Part shown: piece by piece, positions 41,867 to 51,139 of the stretch
How positions within the stretch are numbered: position 1 is the stretch's first letter
Layout: the number at the start of each line of letters is the position of its first letter
Origin: an uncultured Clostridia bacterium
GTDB taxonomy: Bacteria > Bacillota > Clostridia > Christensenellales > Borkfalkiaceae
Assembly: GCA_947629515.1 (NCBI GenBank)
Contig: CANRDY010000001.1
Coordinates: 24,948 to 88,947 of the forward strand
Length of the DNA: 64,000 nt
Direction of reading: 5' to 3'
The notes under the pieces: model-generated
Databases searched by the model: none
Seen by the model: only the letters and a program-made list of their open reading frames with translations
What the model was told of the DNA's origin: nothing
Made by a program: the position numbers and the translations under genes

Positions 41867-44842
41867 TTACTCCGTTCTGAGGGCGACGACGGGGTCTTTC
41901 TTTGCGGCGGCGGAAGCGGGGATAAGCCCCGAAACGAGGGTGAGCGTTACGCTTACGAGTATCATTACGAGAGCCTGCCACCAGGGGAGCGCGGCTATCG
42001 TGAAGATGCCGAACAGCGTTCCTATTATCAGGTTCAGAATGAGCGACAGAAGATAGGTGACGGCAATGCCAACTACGCCCGCGGCAAGACCAATTATAAA
42101 GGTCTCGGCGTTGAACAGGCGTTTTATGTCCTTCTTCCTTGCGCCTACCGCTCTTAAAATGCCTATCTCCTTTATTCGTTCGACGACGGACACATAGGTT
42201 ATTATTCCCACCATTACCGTGGACACGACGAGCGCGAGGGCGGTGAACGCCACGAGCGCAACCGTTATCATCTCTATCATGGTGTTTATCATATTTATGA
42301 TTAGCCCCACGGAGTCGGTGTATTTTATGACCTGCGCCTCGGAAAGATCCGTGAGTTTTACCTCTTGCCCGTCGGCGTTGATATAGGTGAACGTGCCGTC
42401 GTCGCTCTTGCACGCATCGTTCCACTTGTCGAGGTAGTCGGTGACAAGCCCCTTGCTGTCGAAGTTGACGGGATAGATGTTTATCCGCGTGGGCAGTCTG
42501 TCGCCGCCGAGCATGGCGGGCGTTACCTCGTAGGGGTTTTCGCTCTGCGACATCGAGGTCATCATCATCGACATCATGCTCATGCTCTTCGAAATAAACG
42601 TCGTAGCCTTGCCCGAGAAATCCTCGTATCTGAACGAGTAATTATAGGGTATCGTAAAAGCCCCGAGGGTGTAGTTCTTCGCCGTCTCCACCACTTTGCT
42701 CTTTTCGGAAGAGGCGAGCGCGTGTTCGGTGAGGGCGTTCGTGTAGTACATTCCCGCCGAAAGCGCGCCGTAGGATATGCCCTTTTTCTTCTGCAATATG
42801 AGTTTTACTTTAAGGTCGACGTCTTCGGCTGTCGACCTGTCCGCGGCAAACTCCCGAGCGTCGTCGCGATAAGTATAGGGAAACATACTTGCGGGAACCA
42901 ACCTCGTTCCCCCCACGCCGTCGGGAACAGAAAAAGTTTCGGTGGGATCGGTCGGGGCGGCGAACACGGTATCGTTGGGATACCACTTGAAGGTCTTTGC
43001 GTTTTCACCCGTGAATACCCCGTAGTCAAGCCCGTTTTGGGTTATGTCCTTGATGAGGTCTTTGTATTGGGGATATTTGCCGTCGACGTCCTCGCCGTAC
43101 TTATCCATAGCCTTGTAGGCGTATGTCAAAAACTGCTCTTCGGTGAGGTAGCCGAACTGCCCCATATTTATATCGGTGACCGCGCTGTCGTCGAGGACGA
43201 GCACAAGGCTGTCTTTCGAGGTCATTATCTCGTTTATCTCGTTTTGGGTGAGGTCTTTGCCCTTGCCCGTGGCGTCGGCGATTATGTCGTACTGCGACAT
43301 TATGAATTCGGGATTATCTGGAAGTTCTCTGAAAGTGCCCGCGGTGCTTATAAGGTAGGAATAGCCCTCGTACTTCTCGTTGCCCTCCAACGCCTTATCG
43401 AGTACGGAGGTGTACATCGAGCGTATGCCCGTGACCGAAAGGGTTTGGGGTTGGCTGTCCGCCGAAAACTTAAAATCGGTGTATATGTTGTTGGCTATGT
43501 TAAAGCCGTAGCCGTACTGTACGGCGTTGCAGTACTCCGAGGGCATTGCGTCCACGTAGTTGACGTAGTCCTCGGTTATGTCGTTTACCGTGCTCGCTCC
43601 GCCCAATCCCATAAGCGTGTCGAGAACGGAGTCGACGAACACCCTTTCGGGCTTGGGCTTGCCCTCGTTCGTGCCCATTGTTTCGGCAAGGTCCAAAAGC
43701 GAATCGAGATCGAGCGCGGTCTGCGTTACCGAAAGGGGATAGCCCGAGAGCATGTCGTCTTCCATGCTCTGTATGTAGCCCTGCACGCCCGCCGATATGG
43801 CGAGGACCATCGAAACGCCTATAATGCCTATACTGCCCGCAACGGCTACCATTGCCGTGCGCTTGCTCTTCGAAAGCAGATTTTTGAGCGAAAGCCCGAA
43901 CGCCATAAATATGGACATCGAGGTCTTTTTCTTTTTGCCCTTGCTGCGCTTGCCCTTAACGGCGCTCCCGTCGTCGGCGGTTTCTCCCTCTTCCGTGTTT
44001 GCGGCGGAAGTATCTTCGGCTGTTTTTTCTGCGGAAGCCTGTGCGGAAGGTTCGCCCGAAGCGGGTTCAGCCTTGGGTTCAACAGCTGGTTGAGCATTAG
44101 GTTCAGCCGAATTTTCAGCCGAAAGTTCAGCCGAATTTTCAGCCGCGGAGGCATGCTCCGCGCCGTCGAAGGGCATCGTGTCGTCGACGACTTCGCCGTC
44201 GACGAGGCGGATTATTCGCGTGGAGTACTTTTCGGCAAGCTCGGGGTTGTGCGTGACCATAATGACGAGCCTGTCGCGGGAGATTTCCTTGAGAAGCTCC
44301 ATTATCTGCACGCTCGTCTTGGAGTCGAGCGCGCCCGTCGGCTCGTCGGCAAGCAGAATTTCGGGGTCGTTGATGAGCGCGCGGGCGATCGCCACCCTCT
44401 GCGCCTGACCGCCCGAAAGCTGGTTGGGGCGGTTTTTTATCTTGTCGCCAAGCCCCACTTTTTTTAACGCCTCTTCGGCGCGCGCACGGCGTTCTTCCTT
44501 GTCGACGCCCGCGATCGTCAAGGCAAGCTCGACGTTTTGCAAAATGGTCTGGTGGGGTATCAGGTGATAGCTTTGAAAGATGAAGCCTATCGAGTGGTTG
44601 CGGTAAGTGTCCCAATCCCTGTCTTTATACTGCTTGGTGCTTACGCCCTCTATGAGAAGATCGCCCGAGGTGTATTGGTCGAGACCGCCGATTATGTTCA
44701 AAAGGGTGGTCTTGCCGCAGCCCGACGCGCCGAGTATCGAGACGAACTCGTTGCGGCGGAATCTGACGCTTATCCCGCGGAGTGCGTGAACGGGTCCACC
44801 CGCCGCCTGATAATCCTTTTTTATGTCTATTAATTCAAGCAT
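41867..44842 (-). CDS. fused ABC transporter ATP-binding / FtsX(MacB)-type permease protein
   Basis: 991 aa. N-terminal ATPase (GASGCGKTTLLN Walker A, LSGGQAQRVAIARAL signature). Large extracytoplasmic domain. C-terminal FtsX-like 3-TM block. Confidence 0.85.
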   Translation of the reverse strand: MLELIDIKKDYQAAGGPVHALRGISVRFRRNEFVSILGASGCGKTTLLNIIGGLDQYTSGDLLIEGVSTKQYKDRDWDTYRNHSIGFIFQSYHLIPHQTILQNVELALTIAGVDKEERRARAEEALKKVGLGDKIKNRPNQLSGGQAQRVAIARALINDPEILLADEPTGALDSKTSVQIMELLKEISRDRLVIMVTHNPELAEKYSTRIIRLVDGEVVDDTMPFDGAEHASAAENSAELSAENSAEPNAQPAVEPKAEPASGEPSAQASAEKTAEDTSAANTEEGETADDGSAVKGKRSKGKKKKTSMSIFMAFGLSLKNLLSKSKRTAMVAVAGSIGIIGVSMVLAISAGVQGYIQSMEDDMLSGYPLSVTQTALDLDSLLDLAETMGTNEGKPKPERVFVDSVLDTLMGLGGASTVNDITEDYVNYVDAMPSEYCNAVQYGYGFNIANNIYTDFKFSADSQPQTLSVTGIRSMYTSVLDKALEGNEKYEGYSYLISTAGTFRELPDNPEFIMSQYDIIADATGKGKDLTQNEINEIMTSKDSLVLVLDDSAVTDINMGQFGYLTEEQFLTYAYKAMDKYGEDVDGKYPQYKDLIKDITQNGLDYGVFTGENAKTFKWYPNDTVFAAPTDPTETFSVPDGVGGTRLVPASMFPYTYRDDAREFAADRSTAEDVDLKVKLILQKKKGISYGALSAGMYYTNALTEHALASSEKSKVVETAKNYTLGAFTIPYNYSFRYEDFSGKATTFISKSMSMMSMMMTSMSQSENPYEVTPAMLGGDRLPTRINIYPVNFDSKGLVTDYLDKWNDACKSDDGTFTYINADGQEVKLTDLSEAQVIKYTDSVGLIINMINTMIEMITVALVAFTALALVVSTVMVGIITYVSVVERIKEIGILRAVGARKKDIKRLFNAETFIIGLAAGVVGIAVTYLLSLILNLIIGTLFGIFTIAALPWWQALVMILVSVTLTLVSGLIPASAAAKKDPVVALRTE

Positions 44843-44939
44843 ATAAATTCTCCTTTTTTAAGAAATTTATATAGTTTTTGGTTGGGTTTGTGGGGGGGGG
44901 AAGTGATTTGGGACGAAATTATTAATAACTGTAATTTCG

Positions 44940-45216
44940 TTCGAGGGCTTTGCCCGACCCCTCGCCAAAGGCGAGACCGAAGCAAGCAAACTTCTAATAA
45001 TAACTGTCACCCTGAGCAAGCGAAGCGCGTCGAACGGGTCTATTCCGCAGCATAACGGGGTTTTTGTAAGGTGAATATTATTTGGAAGTGATAGCGCGTT
45101 TCAAAGTGCCCCGAGCAGACCACGGGGGGATTCTCTCACTCAATCCCGCGCCTTTGGCGCGTGTCATATCGTTCGAAATGACAGTGCCTTAATGTGCTCC
45201 GATATTATTTGGAAGT
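44940..45216 (+). repeat. composite repeat: D-like, D (44996-45060), C (45094-45216); C tip supplies the stop codon of 45205-45966
   Basis: AACTGTCACCCTGAGCAAGCGAAGCGCGTCGAACGGGTC; CGTTTCAAAGTGCCCCGAGCAGACCAC...CCGATATTATTTGGAAGT. Confidence 0.9.
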
Positions 45217-45966
45217 TTCTTCGGGTTCTTCGGAAGATAAAGTTTCGGGGGCGGGGGTCGAAAGCGATTGGGAGTAGTTTTCGAGGTGCTCCTTTAAGGT
45301 GAACTCCGACTTGAACGGAGCGAAAAAGCTCGCACGCTTTGCGCCCGATTGCTCTATCTTTTCCTTTGCCTTTTCTTTGAGCTTTTCGAACGATACAACT
45401 ATGCTGTGCTCTTTGGCAAAACTGCGGATCTTTGCGGTGAGGTTCAGAGAGTGCGCGAGGTCGACTATGAAGAACCCCGAGAACAGCCCGATTATGTAGG
45501 CAAATTCTATGTTTTCGACGAACCATATTACCGCGTCTATGGCGTACGGGCGTATTACAAAGTAGAAAAACGCGCCGACGAGCGTCCACAAAAATGAGAA
45601 CAGCGGGCAGATTATTCCCTGTATGTTGCCCCAACGGTTGGTGTAGTCCCACAGCTTTATCTTCATTCCCTTTATAAAGATAAGCCCCGCTATGTACTCG
45701 ATGAGCGTCATGAACGCGCCCATGATCAAAATTATCAGAATGGCGTCGACCCACGGATAGCCCGTGTATATTGGAATGAACGAGACGGCAAACAGCCCCA
45801 CTATCCCGAAGCCGTATAACGGCAGATAGGGTCCCGTCAAAAAGCCGGGGTTTATCCACTTTTTGGCGGTGAAAAATCTGCGGAAGAGCACTTCCGTCAC
45901 CCAGCCCAGCATACTGCCCGTTATAAACAGAAAACACGCTACCAAAAACGCCGTATATACCTGCAT
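45205..45966 (-). CDS. polytopic membrane protein (resembles DUF1113 / putative ABC-transporter type IV family)
   Basis: Trimmed to MQVYTAFLVACFLFITGSMLGWVTEVLFRR. 253 aa with 6-7 TM helices. Family assignment is from memory only. Confidence 0.55.
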   Translation of the reverse strand: MQVYTAFLVACFLFITGSMLGWVTEVLFRRFFTAKKWINPGFLTGPYLPLYGFGIVGLFAVSFIPIYTGYPWVDAILIILIMGAFMTLIEYIAGLIFIKGMKIKLWDYTNRWGNIQGIICPLFSFLWTLVGAFFYFVIRPYAIDAVIWFVENIEFAYIIGLFSGFFIVDLAHSLNLTAKIRSFAKEHSIVVSFEKLKEKAKEKIEQSGAKRASFFAPFKSEFTLKEHLENYSQSLSTPAPETLSSEEPEETSK

Positions 45967-46029
45967 ATCTCTTCTCCCGTGCGTCGCTTTATACTGTGCG
46001 CGGCGATCGTCGCGCAAATTATCAAACCG

Positions 46030-47679
46030 TTATTTTACCGCCTGCGCGGCGGCGGCAAGGCGTGTTAAACTGCGCTCCTTGCCGAGTATCTTCATAATGG
46101 AGCAGAGGTCGGGGGAGTTGGGCGAACCCGTAATTGCGATCCTCAGCACCTCGGCTACGTCGGAAACGCTCCCCTTGTACGCCGAGGGGTTCTGCTTGTA
46201 TTCGCTCGTCTCCGCGGCAAAGCCGAGGGCGCGGGCTACCTCTTTAACCTTTTCGAACCACGTCTGATTGTCGTCGGCGGGGTCGTATTTTCGGGCGAAA
46301 GAGCCGAGAATTTCCCTCACCGTTTCGGCGGGCTGTCTGAACGAATAGTCGGGGGTGAAGGTATCGTCGAAGAAATAATCTATAAGCCTTATTCCCTGCT
46401 CGGCGCGCTCGATGTCCTTTCTCCTCTTCTTCAAGCCGAAGCCCGTTACAAGGGCGAGCACTTTTATAATATACGTTTGGTCGTCGAATCTGCGCCTGTC
46501 GGACGGGCTTCCGAACTCCTCCGCCCAGCCTTTCAGAAAGGCGCACACCTCTTCGGGGGTCAAAAGGGCGATTTCGTTTTTGGAAATATCGGACAGCTTG
46601 TCAAGGTCGAACAGCGCGCCGCTCTTGCCCATTTTGTCTACGCGGAAGCCGAACTCCCGCCAGCTCTTTTGGGGATTTTTGAGCGACCACTCCTCGAAAT
46701 TGGAGTTCAATATGGTAAGCAGATATTTTATGACCGCGTCGGGATAATAGCCCGCCTTGCGGTAATAGTCGAGGGATAGTTCGGGGTCTTTGCGCTTCGA
46801 GAGCTTGCGCTTTGTGCCGCCGTCCATCTTCAGAAGCGAGGGCGTATGCCCGTAACGGGGCGTCTGAAAGCCCAGCACTTTGAAAAGTTCGAGGTGCACG
46901 GGCAGGCTCGAAAGCCATTCCTCGCCCCTTATTACGAGCGTCGTCCTCATAAAGTGGTCGTCGATCGCGTGGGCGAAATGATAGGTGGGTATGCCGTCGG
47001 ACTTTAAGATGACCACGTCCTGATCGTTTTCGGTAACGGTAATTTCCCCCTTTATCTCGTCGCGGAAAGCGTGTTTTATATTGACGTCGCCCTGCGACTT
47101 CAACCTTATCACAAAGGGCTTGCCCTCGCTGAGATTTTTGTATATCTGCTCCTCGGTAAGGTTGCGGCATTTGGCGTAGACCCCGTAATATCCCGTTACC
47201 AGCTTCTGCGCGTTCTGCTCTTCCCTCACCTTTTCAAGCTCTTCTTCGGTGCAAAAACAGGGGTACGCAAGCCCCTCTTCGATGAGCTTTTTTGCAAAGG
47301 CGCGGTATATTTTGGCGCGCTGCCGCTGATAGTACGGGGCGTAAAGGTTGGGCGCGTCCATCTCCGCCCCCTCGTCGAACTTTATGCCGAAGTAGTCGAG
47401 CGAGCGTATAACGCTTTCGACCGCTCCGTCCACCTTGCGCTTTTCGTCGGTGTCCTCTATGCGCAGATAAAAAACGCCGCCCGTGGTGTGCGCCGTCCGC
47501 TCGTCGGCGAGCGCGGAATAGAGGTTGCCGAGGTGTATGAACCCCGTGGGCGAGGGCGCAAGGCGCGTTACCTCCGCCCCCTTTTTAAGGTCGCGCGGGG
47601 GATAGATCTTTTCGTACTCCTCAGTGGGGAGCAGATCGCCGTCGGGTATGAGCGAGCAAGCAAGTTTTTTGAGATCCAT
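46030..47679 (-). CDS. gltX: glutamate--tRNA ligase family protein
   Basis: Trimmed to MDLKKLACS (AGGA SD). RLAPSPTGFIHLGN (HIGH). KLSKRK (KMSKS-like). The upstream 40 codons of the track ORF read through a 27-nt tandem repeat. Confidence 0.85.
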   Translation of the reverse strand: MDLKKLACSLIPDGDLLPTEEYEKIYPPRDLKKGAEVTRLAPSPTGFIHLGNLYSALADERTAHTTGGVFYLRIEDTDEKRKVDGAVESVIRSLDYFGIKFDEGAEMDAPNLYAPYYQRQRAKIYRAFAKKLIEEGLAYPCFCTEEELEKVREEQNAQKLVTGYYGVYAKCRNLTEEQIYKNLSEGKPFVIRLKSQGDVNIKHAFRDEIKGEITVTENDQDVVILKSDGIPTYHFAHAIDDHFMRTTLVIRGEEWLSSLPVHLELFKVLGFQTPRYGHTPSLLKMDGGTKRKLSKRKDPELSLDYYRKAGYYPDAVIKYLLTILNSNFEEWSLKNPQKSWREFGFRVDKMGKSGALFDLDKLSDISKNEIALLTPEEVCAFLKGWAEEFGSPSDRRRFDDQTYIIKVLALVTGFGLKKRRKDIERAEQGIRLIDYFFDDTFTPDYSFRQPAETVREILGSFARKYDPADDNQTWFEKVKEVARALGFAAETSEYKQNPSAYKGSVSDVAEVLRIAITGSPNSPDLCSIMKILGKERSLTRLAAAAQAVK

Positions 47680-47703
47680 AAAATTTTCCTTTGAGGTTTT
47701 TTG

Positions 47704-47784
47704 CAAACGTCGGGGCAGGTTTACCGCCGACAAAAGTCGGAGTAGGTTTATAGCCGACAAACGTCGGGGTCGGTTTATTGCCGA
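47704..47784 (+). repeat. 27-nt tandem repeat, 3 in-phase copies, upstream of gltX
   Basis: CAAACGTCGGGGCAGGTTTACCGCCGA / CAAAAGTCGGAGTAGGTTTATAGCCGA / CAAACGTCGGGGTCGGTTTATTGCCGA. CCGACaaaaGTCGG hairpins straddle the unit junctions. Confidence 0.9.
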
Positions 47785-47843
47785 TAAATAACGGCGCAAA
47801 TATAAGGCGTTGCGGTTGGAAGTTCGCCCTTATATATGCGCAT

Positions 47844-48476
47844 TTACTGTTGCTTTTTTTGTCTGTTCGAGGTCTTTTTCGAGGCGAACCCGCGGTAGAC
47901 GAACCACAAAATTATCAAAAGTTCGAACACCGCCGCACAGATATACAAGTAATATATCTGCGTGAATTGGGGGCAAAAAGTCAACACGTATATGTGAAAG
48001 ATGAGCACGCCCGTCCACAGAATGAGCGAGCTTGTTACAGCGTTGGTCACCCGATTGCCCCACTTGACCGAAAAGACGGTGAGCACTATCGCCGTGGGCA
48101 GCGGCGCGACGACGAACACGAGGTAGGCGTACGCCGCCGTTGCGGGAATGAAGTAGAAAAGGGTGAAAACGCCCGTCGCCACAAACCACACCAAAACCAC
48201 GCACAATGCGACGGTGAACACGCGTTTGAGCGATATGTTGAGGTGGGGTTTACCCTGCGGGGCGGTGTTGCCCTTGATTATGTCGTCGACGGTTATCCCG
48301 TAAATTTCGGCAAGCTGTACAAGAACGCGGACGTCGGGGATAGCCTCGCCCCTCTCCCACTTCGATACGGCTTTGTCGGAGTAGTTCAACATCTCCGCAA
48401 GCTGAAGCTGGGTGAGCTTAGCCTGCGTTCTCAGCTCTGTAAGATTTTTTGCGATTATGTCTTTCAGATCGTCCAT
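47844..48476 (-). CDS. XRE-family HTH regulator fused to a 4-TM membrane domain
   Basis: Trimmed to MDDLKDIIAKNLTELRTQAKLTQLQLAEMLNYSDKAVSKWERGEAIP. C-terminal hydrophobic helices. Confidence 0.7.
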   Translation of the reverse strand: MDDLKDIIAKNLTELRTQAKLTQLQLAEMLNYSDKAVSKWERGEAIPDVRVLVQLAEIYGITVDDIIKGNTAPQGKPHLNISLKRVFTVALCVVLVWFVATGVFTLFYFIPATAAYAYLVFVVAPLPTAIVLTVFSVKWGNRVTNAVTSSLILWTGVLIFHIYVLTFCPQFTQIYYLYICAAVFELLIILWFVYRGFASKKTSNRQKKQQ

Positions 48477-48520
48477 ATTATATATTTTAGCACGCGCGCG
48501 CGGAAAAGACAAGCAAATTA

Positions 48521-48565
48521 GCAACTCTACTGTAAGTAGAGTGTGAAAATAAAGCGGTAGAGTTG
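48521..48565. promoter_or_regulatory. inverted repeat CAACTCTAC ... GTAGAGTTG with central GTAGAG (candidate operator upstream of the XRE-TM gene)
   Basis: 9-bp arms at 48521-48529 and 48557-48565; small hairpin CTCTACtgtaaGTAGAG at the left arm. Confidence 0.35.
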
Positions 48566-49088
48566 AGAAATTTAAGCGTTTATCCCGAATTTTATAAAGT
48601 GGAGCGCATTAGGCCCTAAAAAAGTTGTAATTATCCGACAAAATGTAATACTGTTATAGTGCGATATAAGTTCGGCTTGCGTGAGCGGGCTTGGGCTTTC
48701 TCGGAACTGCGGCGGCGGTTAGCTTGGGCTGGCGGGCGGCTTGCGGCGGCTTAACGTAGTCTTGCCGAACTGCGGCGGCGGCTTGCGTTGGCAGGGAAAG
48801 TTCCTTGAACGGAACAGCCTGCGGCGGGGCGTGGTTGCACGAAGTTGCAAAAGCCTTTTAATGCCCGGGGGGCGGGCTTCGGCTTGAACCGCTCTTTGCG
48901 ATCCTTCCCCCGTGCATGTGCGGAAAACCCTTCCGAAAAAACCTTTGGGCGGGGCGAAGTTCCCCATAAAAACTATCGTAAAAAGGGTCGCGCTTTTAAG
49001 CGGGGGCGAAAAAAATGCCCGCAAAAGGCGCACGGGCGGGGAAAGTTACCGCAAAACTTTATTGTAAATATCCTTAAAAGAGGTAGAA

Positions 49089-50024
49089 ATGTTTGATATT
49101 TATTGCGATTCGGGCGCGAACATTCCCGAAGAACTCTTAACAAAATACGATATTAAGGTGCTTTCGTACGTGATTAGCGTAAACGGCGAAGAGCGGCTTT
49201 GCCGCAACGAGGGCGAAGATTTTGCCGCCACCGCCAAAAAGTTCTACGACGATATGCGCGCGGGGGCTGAGGTGAAGACCTCGCTTCTGACCGCCGAAAT
49301 TATAGCCGAAACGATCAGACCCTCGCTCGAAAGGGGGCGCGACGTGCTGTTTACCTTTATTTCGTCGGGCATAAGCGGCACTTACAACCAGGGGCTTAAA
49401 GCCAAAGAACAGCTCGAAAAGCTCTACCCCGACAGAAAGGTGTTCGTCTGCGACAGCGCGAACGCCTCTATGGGCGAGGGCTTGCAGGTCATTCAGGCGG
49501 CAAAACTGAGGGATATGGGCGAGAGCGCGGAGGCTTGCGCGCAGTGGATAAAGGACAACGCCTATAAGATAAACAGCTATCTTACCGTGGGAGATTTGAA
49601 ATATTTGAAGCGCACGGGGAGAATTTCGGCTACACTCGCCATTGCGGGGACGATCCTCAACATCAAGCCCGTTTTGCGGGCGGACGGCGGCGACAACGCG
49701 AAGATAGTTTTCTTCGACAAAAAGCGGGGCAGAAAGCACGCCATCGAGGCTCTTGCCGAGGCGTTTGCCGAAAACGCCGAGAACCCGCAAGAGCAGACGG
49801 TCGCCATTTGCCATGCCGACAGCGAAGAGGACGCGCTCACCTTAAAGTCGCTCATCGAGGAAAAGGGCGCGGGCGAGGTAATTGTGGAATACTACGACAT
49901 CTGCACGGGTTCGCACGTGGGACCGGGGACGGTCGCCCTCTTCTTCTACGGCAAGGACCGCCGCGCCGCCGACAAGCCCAAGCCCAAACTTTTCGGGCGC
50001 AAACCTTCCGTGCAAAAGGCGTAA
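49089..50024 (+). CDS. DegV-family fatty-acid-binding protein
   Basis: MFDIYCDSGANIPEELLTKYDIKVL..., GTYNQG, and HVGPGTVALFF at the C-terminus. Confidence 0.85.
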   Translation: MFDIYCDSGANIPEELLTKYDIKVLSYVISVNGEERLCRNEGEDFAATAKKFYDDMRAGAEVKTSLLTAEIIAETIRPSLERGRDVLFTFISSGISGTYNQGLKAKEQLEKLYPDRKVFVCDSANASMGEGLQVIQAAKLRDMGESAEACAQWIKDNAYKINSYLTVGDLKYLKRTGRISATLAIAGTILNIKPVLRADGGDNAKIVFFDKKRGRKHAIEALAEAFAENAENPQEQTVAICHADSEEDALTLKSLIEEKGAGEVIVEYYDICTGSHVGPGTVALFFYGKDRRAADKPKPKLFGRKPSVQKA

Positions 50025-50045
50025 AAGGGTGCGGGCGTGATTTTT

Positions 50046-50630
50046 TGATTGCGCAAAAAAGTGAAATGAAAAAGTATGCGGCGGGCACTTTGAAAAGTGC
50101 CCGCCGCTATTTCCGATAATAACTGTCACCCTGAGCAAGCGAAGCTCGTCGAACGGGTCTATTCCGCAGTATAGCGGAGTTATTATAATAAGGCGGTTAT
50201 TATTTAAAATAGGGTACGCGTTTCAAAGAGCAAGCACGGACCACAGGGGGATTCTCTCACTCAATCGAACCCGCTATCGCGGGATTCTTATGTCGTTCGA
50301 AATGACAGTGCCATAATGTGCTCCGATATTATTTAGAAGTGCTTGAACGAAGTAAATTGCAATTACGAAGTGAGAAACTTCGGAGATGCGAGTTATGCAA
50401 GGAGCGCGCGGATTTTGCGATAGGAGCTTACAATGAAGTAAGTGTCGTACCGAAGGCGTTAGCCTTACCGAGCAAAAACGCAAGCGCGACACCGTTTTAT
50501 GTTGAACAGCCTATCCGCCGTATTACCTCAACGACGTTAAGACACTTGGTCAAGCGGAACGCTTGCGAAGCATATACGAAGTTTAACGGGAGCAAAGCGC
50601 GCGGGCGCGGCAAACGCCGCGCCCGCGCGC
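50046..50630 (+). repeat. most complete composite repeat: A fragment, I, D (50115-50180), C (50216-50340), F, inverted B, G (ends 50593), I hairpin (50597-50630)
   Basis: Modules as in the key. Fills almost the whole degV / LMW-PTP spacer. Confidence 0.9.
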
Positions 50631-50656
50631 GCCAAAAAACACCTTTTTTCTTTTTA

Positions 50657-51139
50657 CTACTCCCCTTCCCCCATTTCGCCGCCGCGCTCGCGCAACAGGT
50701 ACTGCCAAAAGGCGTTCAATCCCTCGTCGAGTTCGCGGTAGGTTCTCTCGAAATCGCGCGTATACCAGGGATCTTCCACGTCGCGCGGGTCGCCCGTGAA
50801 ATACATAAGTTTGAAAACCTTGTCGCCGAAGTTCCCGCCCGTGAGCCGAAGCACGTCGAAGAGGTTTCCGCCGTCCATCACAATAATATAGTCGCTGTTT
50901 ATGACGTCGGGCAGGGTAAGCTGGCGGGCGGTATGCCTTTTAACGGGCACACCGTGTGCGCGCAACGCCTCGAGCGCGGGGGTATGTATGGGGTTGCCCT
51001 CTTCGTAGTCGGACGTGCCGAACGAGTTTATTTCGAACTTATCGGCAACACCCTTATCCTTAACGAGCTTTTCAAACATAAACTCCGCCATGGGCGAACG
51101 GCAGATATTGCCGAGGCATACAAAGGATACGGTTATCAT
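50657..51139 (-). CDS. low-molecular-weight protein-tyrosine phosphatase
   Basis: VCLGNICRSPMAE active-site P-loop (CX5R-S) at residues 8-20. Confidence 0.85.
   Translation of the reverse strand: MITVSFVCLGNICRSPMAEFMFEKLVKDKGVADKFEINSFGTSDYEEGNPIHTPALEALRAHGVPVKRHTARQLTLPDVINSDYIIVMDGGNLFDVLRLTGGNFGDKVFKLMYFTGDPRDVEDPWYTRDFERTYRELDEGLNAFWQYLLRERGGEMGEGE

Noticed and set aside
42365-44467. 700-aa plus-strand ORF, and similar long ORFs at 15792-17123, 37568-38467, 39055-40200, 29219-30262 and 31137-32099
   Set aside because: These are antisense shadow ORFs of clearly conserved minus-strand genes in GC-rich DNA. Their sequences are Arg/Gly/Val-rich with no motifs.
47680-47799. 40-codon N-terminal extension of the gltX ORF (RLSAIN repeats)
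   Set aside because: It is a translation of the 27-nt tandem repeat. An SD-preceded ATG at 47679 precedes the conserved region.
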